From an uncultured archaeon (GTDB taxonomy: Archaea > Asgardarchaeota > Thorarchaeia > Thorarchaeales > Thorarchaeaceae): a stretch of 32,000 bases of DNA. Made by a program: the position numbers and the translations under genes. Shown here in pieces: positions 19,127-26,489 of the stretch (within the stretch, counting starts at the first letter, position 1; every line of letters starts with the position of its first letter). The stretch is taken from contig CAZYLT010000003.1 of assembly GCA_964648855.1 (NCBI GenBank), positions 30,001-62,000 on the forward strand, in the 5' to 3' direction. The notes under the pieces are model-generated. The model was not told the origin of the DNA and searched no databases. It saw only the letters and a program-made list of their open reading frames with translations.

Positions 19127-20163
19127 CTGAGTTGGAAGCGGTAAGCGGTATTGGGCCTGGAACCGCAAAGAAACTCCAGGATGTGTTTGTCACAACAGCT
19201 GAGATTCTAGCCGTGCAGAACCCTCTTGAGCTTCAGGAGAAAACTAAGATTGGTGAGGGGACTTGTCATAGCATCATTCGATCTGCACGGATGTTGATTG
19301 GCAAGTATGGCTTCAAGACAGGTCTCGAAATAGAAGAGCAAATGGCGACCAGTGCAAAGCTTACAACTGGTATCGAAAAACTGGATGAAGCTCTCCTTGG
19401 AGGAATGGAGGAGGGTAGTATCATCGAGCTATATGGGCCCGCCAGAGGTGGCAAGACCCATTGGTGTTTCTATTTCGCCGTCAGAGCTCAATTGCCTGCA
19501 GACAAAGGCGGGTTAGGGGGTCGGGTTCTCTGGCTTGATACAGAGTCCAGCTTTAAACCCTGGGTAATTAGAGGTATTGCTCTGAGATTCGGATTGGACC
19601 CGGAGGCCGCCTTGGGAAATATCTCGCTGGCTGAAATATTCCTGTCAAGTCAGATCCCCGAAGTCTTCGAGAACATACCGCAAATGTGCGCAGAACAAGA
19701 CTACAAACTAGTCGTCATCGATTCGTTTACTGGGCTGTTCAGAGCAGAGTATACTGGCCTAAGTGAGTTGAGGGTAAGGCAACAAGACATGAACAGAATA
19801 CTCAACCAAATGAGGCGGACAGGTGTAGCAACCGGAGCCACATTCGTCTATACAAATCAAGCCATGGCGAATATCAGTGCTTACGGCGGGAACCCAAACG
19901 CTCCAGTTGGAGGGCATATTTTGGCTCATGCATCTGATTACAGATTCTACGTCCGCAAGCTGAAGGATGATGAACGGCAAATTGTGTTGCGAGACAATGC
20001 AGGAGTTCCAGAGTTTCATGAGAAACTCAAGCTGGGATGGGGTGGTTTCTATCAGGATTCGAAATCCAAGAAGCAACACGAGCCGAATATTCTAGAAAAG
20101 ATACGTGCCAGCGGCAAGGCTGGCTTCTTGAAGGCTGAAGAAGAGATTGAGGAGGAGGAGTAA
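19123..20163 (+). CDS. Divergent full-length RadA/Rad51-family recombinase paralogue
   Basis: N-terminal HhH (VSGIGPGTAKKL), GFKTG polymerisation motif, Walker A GPARGGKT, DTESSF, Walker B LVVIDS, FRAEY..RQQ, TNQ and GGHILAH. Confidence 0.92.
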   Translation: MTELEAVSGIGPGTAKKLQDVFVTTAEILAVQNPLELQEKTKIGEGTCHSIIRSARMLIGKYGFKTGLEIEEQMATSAKLTTGIEKLDEALLGGMEEGSIIELYGPARGGKTHWCFYFAVRAQLPADKGGLGGRVLWLDTESSFKPWVIRGIALRFGLDPEAALGNISLAEIFLSSQIPEVFENIPQMCAEQDYKLVVIDSFTGLFRAEYTGLSELRVRQQDMNRILNQMRRTGVATGATFVYTNQAMANISAYGGNPNAPVGGHILAHASDYRFYVRKLKDDERQIVLRDNAGVPEFHEKLKLGWGGFYQDSKSKKQHEPNILEKIRASGKAGFLKAEEEIEEEE

Positions 20164-20588
20164 TGTTTCGCGTCTACCGTTGCTCTTGTTGCAAGTACAT
20201 TGGCTATGCTGAAGTAGAATCGAAAAGCTCTGATAATTCCTGTGCTCTCTGTGGAAACGCGATTCATCCGTCTGAGGAGAGCATCTATGTTGCCGAACGG
20301 AATGAAGCTAGAAGACTAGCCACACAGCAAGCCATGAAATTCTCACGTTACAATCGTCCCACTGTTCAGCGTGGACTGGGAGTTAGAAAGAGGGTTCTGA
20401 ACATTGTTGCAGCATTAATTGAGATGAATCGAGGGCAGCCCGTTGAACGTTCAGATATAATAGCAGAATGCAATAAAGCGGATATTGTAGAGAGTCGCGC
20501 TGAGCATTTTCTCTCTCAATTAGCACAGGAAGACATTGTGCAACTGCTTTCTGGAAATCGAATCGCCCTTAGTGGAGGGATGGTCTAG
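20163..20588 (+). CDS. Zn-ribbon + C-terminal winged-helix protein
   Basis: CSCC...CALC (two CxxC); C-terminal 'RSDIIAECNKADIVESRAEHFLSQLAQEDIV' resembles an MCM-tail-type wHTH; TAATG coupling. Confidence 0.75.
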   Translation: MFRVYRCSCCKYIGYAEVESKSSDNSCALCGNAIHPSEESIYVAERNEARRLATQQAMKFSRYNRPTVQRGLGVRKRVLNIVAALIEMNRGQPVERSDIIAECNKADIVESRAEHFLSQLAQEDIVQLLSGNRIALSGGMV

Positions 20589-21182
20589 TTGGCGGTTACG
20601 AGCAGAACTGTTCCTGCGCATGTTCCCAATAGAGAGGCAATCGCATTGGTCAATCTATTGCTGAGAAGAGAACCTACCAAGCTTACTATCATACAGCTTG
20701 GGCAAATTGATCCAAATCCAGAGCTGTTCGTCGTTACCAGAGTAGACTGGAGAAAAGCGAATCTTCCTCTCCTTGCCCAATTGCCAACTATCCTATCCTA
20801 CCTTGACACTATGCGTGGGACGAAAGGAGTTCCGGAAAGAATCCATCTTGAAGGTGGAGATGGTGTTGAACTATTCATTCCGACGAAAGTCAAGGCAAGT
20901 CAAATTCCGAGTGGGCCTCGCGAGGCATATGAGTTCCTCTTGAGTTTAGTGAAAGATACGGTTTCGTTCATCCATAGGACGGCGAGCGAGGTGGAAGAGA
21001 CCTTCTGGTCTATTGCCCGAAAACGAGGATTCAGCCCGGAGATTGTAGCAAAGATAGAGGAATCTGCTCCTGGTTTCAGCTTGCCTGAGTATCGGTACAG
21101 ATTCAGCAAAATCCTAGAAACATACTTCTCTACAAGATTTACGATACACACCGCAGAAGCCGTATTGCATGTTGAGGAATAA
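20589..21182 (+). CDS. Hypothetical soluble protein
   Basis: 197 aa; TTG start directly after the upstream TAG, GGAGG RBS. Confidence 0.8.
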   Translation: MAVTSRTVPAHVPNREAIALVNLLLRREPTKLTIIQLGQIDPNPELFVVTRVDWRKANLPLLAQLPTILSYLDTMRGTKGVPERIHLEGGDGVELFIPTKVKASQIPSGPREAYEFLLSLVKDTVSFIHRTASEVEETFWSIARKRGFSPEIVAKIEESAPGFSLPEYRYRFSKILETYFSTRFTIHTAEAVLHVEE

Positions 21183-21184
21183 CA

Positions 21185-23146
21185 ATGTCTGAAAGCATCC
21201 CTGATCCAATGAATTGGTTTCCCTACAAACCAAGACCTCATCAAGAGGATGCTGTATTTTTCGCATCGGATATCTACAAAGAACAGACTGTTGGAATATT
21301 ATCCGCTGATTGTGGAGTCGGCAAGACTATCGCAGCTCTGTCTGGATATGTTGCCGCCAGAGAACAAGAGCCTGACAGTCGATTGTTTATACTGACAAGA
21401 ACGCATTCACAGACAACAGTCTTCGAAGATGAGATTGCTATCCTTCGTTCACGCGGGGCCTCTTTTCTCACATCCACCAGTATGATTAGTAGGGCCCATG
21501 TATGTCCCTTGAAGGCTGAGATTGACAACCAAACCTCAGCAGGATTTCTCCGCGGCTGTGCCATGATGATTCGCACAGGTCGATGCCGATATTACTGGTC
21601 ATTCTATCGTCGCCATGGAGATAATTCCCGCCCAGTCATACGAAACCGTGCACGCCAACTTGTCAATGAAGCTCTGCTGCGTGGCGTGGTAAATCGAGAA
21701 GTCGTGGAAGAAATAGGATCCTCTGAATCTATTTGCCCGTATGAGCTACTCCGATGGACATCTCGAAGTAGTAGAGTCATAATAGGGCCGTATTCGTACC
21801 TATTCAGAAGCAGAATTAGAACCGCGATATTGAACAGTCTGGGACTTGACGTATACGATATCGATCTTCTAGTCGATGAGGCCCATAATCTCAGTGAACA
21901 TTCTTTGGATATTGAGTCAAGTTCCTTGACCGGAGAAGACCTTCGGTGGCTGAGAGAGAATAAGCAAGCAATCCAACGGGAGAGCGGTATTTCCTGGTTA
22001 GGCGAATGTGTGGACTTTCTTTGGAACACTCTTATTGAGAAGATTGCTCTATTCGGTGATGGTCGAAGAGAGATTACGCTGGATACATGGGATGCTGTTC
22101 CACGCTTCATTGAAGCAGGTCACGTATCCGCGCTTATGGAACAAACACAGGTCATTGAGAATGATGAAAACATTCCCTCTGAAACACCTTTTGACCGGCT
22201 GATTGATTTTCTTTACACTGGAAGGCGGGCCATAGATGGCAAGGATTGGCATATCATAGTAAGGATACGACACTCATGGAAGCTGGAGCATCTTGGTATA
22301 GATGATATGGAGATTCTAATTCAACCCCTAAATGCAGCGGGACTAATCGCGCCCGTGTTACGTGGAGTGCGCGCGGCTCTTCTCATGAGTGGAACACTGA
22401 GACCCACAGAGTTGTATGCATCTCTTATGGGCATTCGTGGTGCAAAGACCCAAGAGTTGGCGAGCCCTTACCCCAGAGGCTCACGACTAATTCTCATAGA
22501 GAACTCCTTGTCGACGAAATACTCCGAACGGAGCCCGAATTTATACAGAAAGCTGGCAGAACGGGTCAATACTGCATTATCAGCAATGCCGGCAGACAAG
22601 TCGGCATTAGTGGCATTTCCTTCTTATCGGATGATGGAGGAGGTTTTGAGCTATAATATAGAATGTGCTTTCCGACGTAGAATTGTTGAAACCAGATCGG
22701 CTCTGTTAGAGGATTTAAAAGAGCAAATGGAAACACAACCCTGTGCTGTCTTTCTTGTTTACGGTGGAAAGTTCAGTGAGGGCATTGACCTTGTGAAGAA
22801 TGGAGATTCATTGGTCAACTTGATCATCGGAGTTGGTATTCCCTTCACCCCGCCAACATCATATCAACAAGCCTTGCAGGGTTGGTATGAAGAAAAATTT
22901 GGTGAAGGAACAGGGTTCTATTATTCATCTGTTATACCGTCAATTCGTAAAGTGGTGCAATTAGTCGGAAGACTACGGAGGTCTCCAAATGATTGGGGCG
23001 CAGTGGTACTCCTCGATAGAAGGTTTCAGAGATACATCAACATGTTCGGAGCTGATGTTGCAGCCGACATCTGGCCATATGCAACATCCAATGAAATTGG
23101 TGATGCGATTTCAGTATTCATTGAGAATAGGAGGGATGGGTGTTGA
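21185..23146 (+). CDS. XPD/Rad3/DinG-family Fe-S 5'-3' DNA helicase
   Basis: Q motif (PYKPRPHQ), ADCGVGKT, RTHSQ, four Fe-S cysteines (HVCPL, RGCAM, GRCRYY, ICPYE), DEAHN, SGTL, SEGID, QLVGRLRR and DRRF. Confidence 0.93.
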   Translation: MSESIPDPMNWFPYKPRPHQEDAVFFASDIYKEQTVGILSADCGVGKTIAALSGYVAAREQEPDSRLFILTRTHSQTTVFEDEIAILRSRGASFLTSTSMISRAHVCPLKAEIDNQTSAGFLRGCAMMIRTGRCRYYWSFYRRHGDNSRPVIRNRARQLVNEALLRGVVNREVVEEIGSSESICPYELLRWTSRSSRVIIGPYSYLFRSRIRTAILNSLGLDVYDIDLLVDEAHNLSEHSLDIESSSLTGEDLRWLRENKQAIQRESGISWLGECVDFLWNTLIEKIALFGDGRREITLDTWDAVPRFIEAGHVSALMEQTQVIENDENIPSETPFDRLIDFLYTGRRAIDGKDWHIIVRIRHSWKLEHLGIDDMEILIQPLNAAGLIAPVLRGVRAALLMSGTLRPTELYASLMGIRGAKTQELASPYPRGSRLILIENSLSTKYSERSPNLYRKLAERVNTALSAMPADKSALVAFPSYRMMEEVLSYNIECAFRRRIVETRSALLEDLKEQMETQPCAVFLVYGGKFSEGIDLVKNGDSLVNLIIGVGIPFTPPTSYQQALQGWYEEKFGEGTGFYYSSVIPSIRKVVQLVGRLRRSPNDWGAVVLLDRRFQRYINMFGADVAADIWPYATSNEIGDAISVFIENRRDGC

Positions 23147-23331
23147 GAGCAATGACAGGATATGCTGGAATTGGTTGTGTGGCAGTTGTTTTCCCCCTGC
23201 TACTAAGAGCCAGTATTACAGCTGTCTTGTTCACTTTGCTACTGATATCGATCATTTTCCATGTGGAAAAAGTGGCTCGTCGATTCGAACCATGGCATAT
23301 TGGAGATTTCATTCGGAGGAATTTGATTTGA
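23143..23331 (+). CDS. Small hydrophobic (1-2 TM) membrane protein
   Basis: About 62 aa; GGAGG RBS; TTGA overlaps at both ends (alternative GTG start 23140). Confidence 0.7.
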   Translation: MRAMTGYAGIGCVAVVFPLLLRASITAVLFTLLLISIIFHVEKVARRFEPWHIGDFIRRNLI

Positions 23332-23924
23332 GCGTTATGGAATCCATAGAGGTTAAGTGGATGATTCCAGCTGCTTTAGGAGTCGCCTGGAGCTTCAAGC
23401 TTGGCTTATCTTCTACTATCTCTGAACAGCTTATCGGATTGAGCGGCATAGGCTCCTTACTGATATTGATGGTGCTCTACCAGACTACAAGAAGAAACTT
23501 CTCGTTACACTGGGATGAAAAAACCGGTGTACTTGCAATTGTTCGAACTTGGTCTGTGGAGATGTACACCACAAGATTGATTGCAAGTGTACCTCAGGGC
23601 ATAGACCTTCAGCACTCGGCCTCCCGTGTGTTAGCATCTATGCATGCCAGATACGAAGAAGATGGAAAGGGAATCCTAGAATTCCATGTATGCAGGCCTC
23701 TTCGAAACGGTCCTTCTCTGGTAGGATTCACAGTTTGCCGCAAACAAATTCGCACTCAGCCTCTGAAGCGGCAAATGGAGTCTCTTTGTCAACAAGTGCA
23801 GGAGGACGGCATGATTTTGGAATCTGCGATGCATGCATCATACCCGCACACTCCAATTGAGAGAGCGAAACTGGAACACAACCTGATGATACGTAGTGGA
23901 GGGACAGATGTCTTTGCGAGGTAA
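23328..23924 (+). CDS. Membrane protein, 2 N-terminal TM + soluble alpha/beta domain
   Basis: Start re-assigned from 22989 to TTG 23328 (GGAGGA at 23315-23320, TTGA overlap); 198 aa. Confidence 0.75.
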   Translation: MSVMESIEVKWMIPAALGVAWSFKLGLSSTISEQLIGLSGIGSLLILMVLYQTTRRNFSLHWDEKTGVLAIVRTWSVEMYTTRLIASVPQGIDLQHSASRVLASMHARYEEDGKGILEFHVCRPLRNGPSLVGFTVCRKQIRTQPLKRQMESLCQQVQEDGMILESAMHASYPHTPIERAKLEHNLMIRSGGTDVFAR

Positions 23925-24180
23925 TAATAATGCTAGGTTTGTTCGTCTACCGAAAAACCTGACTATGCAGGATGCTATGCAGGCACTTAGAGTTGGACTT
24001 GGTTATGACTGGATCCGACTCACGTCGGAAACTGTGGCTTTGGGGATTCCTCCTAATCACTCACTTCCGGACTTGATTGCTGTAAAGACCGAATTTGTCA
24101 CATCAGCAACTGAAGATGATGTGAAGCGACTTGAAACTGCATTGAGAGCAATTGTTGTGCAAAATGGGGTGATGGCTTGA
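23908..24180 (+). CDS. Small hypothetical protein
   Basis: ATG 23908 with GGAGG RBS; 90 aa; fills the operon gap with overlaps on both sides. Confidence 0.7.
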   Translation: MSLRGNNNARFVRLPKNLTMQDAMQALRVGLGYDWIRLTSETVALGIPPNHSLPDLIAVKTEFVTSATEDDVKRLETALRAIVVQNGVMA

Positions 24181-26489
24181 CAAGTGGAATCCTTGGATCT
24201 AAGCCTGGTGAGGATCCTCTAGAGGTTATGTCAAAAGAGAAGTTCTCAATCACCCAGAGTGACGCAATTCGGTGGTCAAACCGAAAAATACGGCGAGGGT
24301 GGAATCTCCCTATCTTGTTGGTTCTAGGCGCATTTGTTGGGGCATTTCAATTTCCATTCCATCTCATTGGCATTACTATAATGGTTTCAATAGTTCTAGT
24401 ATTGGTTCCACGAATATTGGATGGCGTAGGTGGTAGATGGAGTGAGGTTTCTAAACCAGACATCATATACGAAGAGAAATCTAAAACCGTGAGATGCAAG
24501 GGGCTTGGAAATGCACACATTGTCGGGTTAGACCTGAGATGGATTCCAGCACGTGTGCCAAATTCCTTGGCTCAACTAATTCGAGCTCTACCAATGGAGC
24601 ACGGTTTCTGCCTATCGGTCGCAATGTCTATTGAAGACCCAGATAAGGTATTGCAACACGACACTCTTGATGATATACTTGAGAAAGCTCTGCGATTCAA
24701 AGACCCCGATAATGTTGAAGACTACTTCCGCTTCAGATATGGTCTTTGGAAAACTCGAGTTACCCATATTGGACTCGTGCCAAATGCAAGTGAAAGCGGA
24801 CAACATGTTGCAGCTGTCAAGGGTGCGCTACCTTCGAAGGAATGGCATTTAATCAAGCCAAAGTCTCTTGAAACTGACTTGGTAGCTAAGAACACGATCA
24901 AACAGAACGGACAGTTCTACATGGTCGGCGAGGAACTGACCGGATGGCTCGTTCAGCTCAGGAGTGAGCTGTCCCAAGAAGTTGGTATTAGCATCCCCGG
25001 GCAATTCCTCATTGATATACGTCCAAAAGAGTTCGATTATGAACTAGGTAGAGTCCTCAATCCTGATACGCTCCGCCAAGGACCAGCAATTGGGTTGACG
25101 CACAACGAAATATCTGAAGGTCTGCTTGTCTGTGGTGGATCGTATAATCAAAGGAGCGATATCCTAGGTACTCTGATTCGAGGGCTAATTAGAAATGAAA
25201 AACGAGTGGTACTCATAACAAATAGGTCGGAATATCTGGAATTGACTGGCTTGTCAGATGCAGCTGTGGGAATGAGGCTAGGAAAAGATTTGGTACTGAA
25301 TCCCGTCGACTCCGATGGTGTTCCTCGAACAGAGTATGTTCCCCAACTACTGTCAGCCCTTGAAGTGTTCACAGAAAGCAACCTGGGGACTGCGGCTTCT
25401 TTGGAAACCGCATTGAATCGAGCCGTGGCACTTGGTGATGCAACTATTGCTGATGTCAAAGAGGGTGCGGATGAGATTCTGACCACAGAAATAGAGTCCT
25501 CGGAATCAAGGAATATTGAAACGGATAAACAATCAAAGAAAGGGTTTGACGCGATTACTCGCTTGTACGAAGGGACTGGCGCACGGGCCTTCTACGGAAC
25601 ACAGTCAGTGCGATTCAAAGACCTAACACAACAGCCCCTGAGTGTGATTGTAGTATCCACTGGAACGAGCTCAATGGACATGTTTGCTGAAGATATACTA
25701 TCCATGAAGCTCACAGGTCTAGAGGACGACAAAGACTTGGTCGTTGTTCTAGATGAGATTGAAGGGCTCAGAGTCACCACAAGGCGATATTCAAGCCGTG
25801 AACCATGGGTGGACCGAATCACAAAGCGAATAGCTGACAAATTCTCATTGGTTGTATCATCAGAACACCCATCCTATCTAGGCTCTAGTGTGAAGAATCT
25901 CCTATCATCCTGTATATCCTTACGAATGAGAAGTGAAGATGATATTGCATCTGTTAACGCTATTCTCGGATTCAATGTAATTAGTCATGGGCTTCATTCA
26001 AAAGCTCGTTGGTCCCCCAGAGAAACAACCTACCTGCGAACTATGGAAGACGGGCATGCGCTTCTTGTGAGAGATACGGTAGAAACTTGCCAGCCAATCC
26101 TACTATTAGAAGCCGATTCTTTGGAAGCGCCGTCATCTTATGAAATGAATAGACGATTGCAGTCAATTTTGAAACCAACACAAGATGACGGGGGCGCTGA
26201 AAAGTCTGTAATTGCACGAATCGCCAGTGGCAAGGATAGCGGTTTCGTAAAGAAAGTACTACGTCTGCTGGAAAGATATGAACCTCTAACTGAAGAATCT
26301 ATGAAGAAATTCATCCAATCGTCTGGTGATAGTGGCGATGTTGAAGGAGTAGTACTGAGGCTTCGCGAGGCAGGCCTTATTCTCGAAGGACACGAAAGTC
26401 ATGCTGGGGTGTCGTACAAGAACTATCGGCTTACCATGAAGGGTACTATGACTCTCCGGCAGCTGGAGAAGGGAGGGTTGAAAGGATGA
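24177..26489 (+). CDS. Membrane-anchored HerA/FtsK/VirB4-superfamily protein with degenerate ATPase motifs and C-terminal wHTH
   Basis: N-terminal TM hairpin; 'YELGRV...IGL...GLLVCGGSYNQRS...RVVLITNRSEY...LVLNPV...VVVLDE...SLVVSSEHPS' follows the HerA/DUF87 motif order; C-terminal 'VEGVVLRLREAGLILE...YRLTMKG' wHTH. Confidence 0.75.
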   Translation: MTSGILGSKPGEDPLEVMSKEKFSITQSDAIRWSNRKIRRGWNLPILLVLGAFVGAFQFPFHLIGITIMVSIVLVLVPRILDGVGGRWSEVSKPDIIYEEKSKTVRCKGLGNAHIVGLDLRWIPARVPNSLAQLIRALPMEHGFCLSVAMSIEDPDKVLQHDTLDDILEKALRFKDPDNVEDYFRFRYGLWKTRVTHIGLVPNASESGQHVAAVKGALPSKEWHLIKPKSLETDLVAKNTIKQNGQFYMVGEELTGWLVQLRSELSQEVGISIPGQFLIDIRPKEFDYELGRVLNPDTLRQGPAIGLTHNEISEGLLVCGGSYNQRSDILGTLIRGLIRNEKRVVLITNRSEYLELTGLSDAAVGMRLGKDLVLNPVDSDGVPRTEYVPQLLSALEVFTESNLGTAASLETALNRAVALGDATIADVKEGADEILTTEIESSESRNIETDKQSKKGFDAITRLYEGTGARAFYGTQSVRFKDLTQQPLSVIVVSTGTSSMDMFAEDILSMKLTGLEDDKDLVVVLDEIEGLRVTTRRYSSREPWVDRITKRIADKFSLVVSSEHPSYLGSSVKNLLSSCISLRMRSEDDIASVNAILGFNVISHGLHSKARWSPRETTYLRTMEDGHALLVRDTVETCQPILLLEADSLEAPSSYEMNRRLQSILKPTQDDGGAEKSVIARIASGKDSGFVKKVLRLLERYEPLTEESMKKFIQSSGDSGDVEGVVLRLREAGLILEGHESHAGVSYKNYRLTMKGTMTLRQLEKGGLKG

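Noticed and set aside
22989-23327. N-terminal Cys-rich extension of the 311-aa ORF
   Set aside because: Overlaps the helicase end and the small TM gene; a strong RBS and TTGA coupling support a start at 23328
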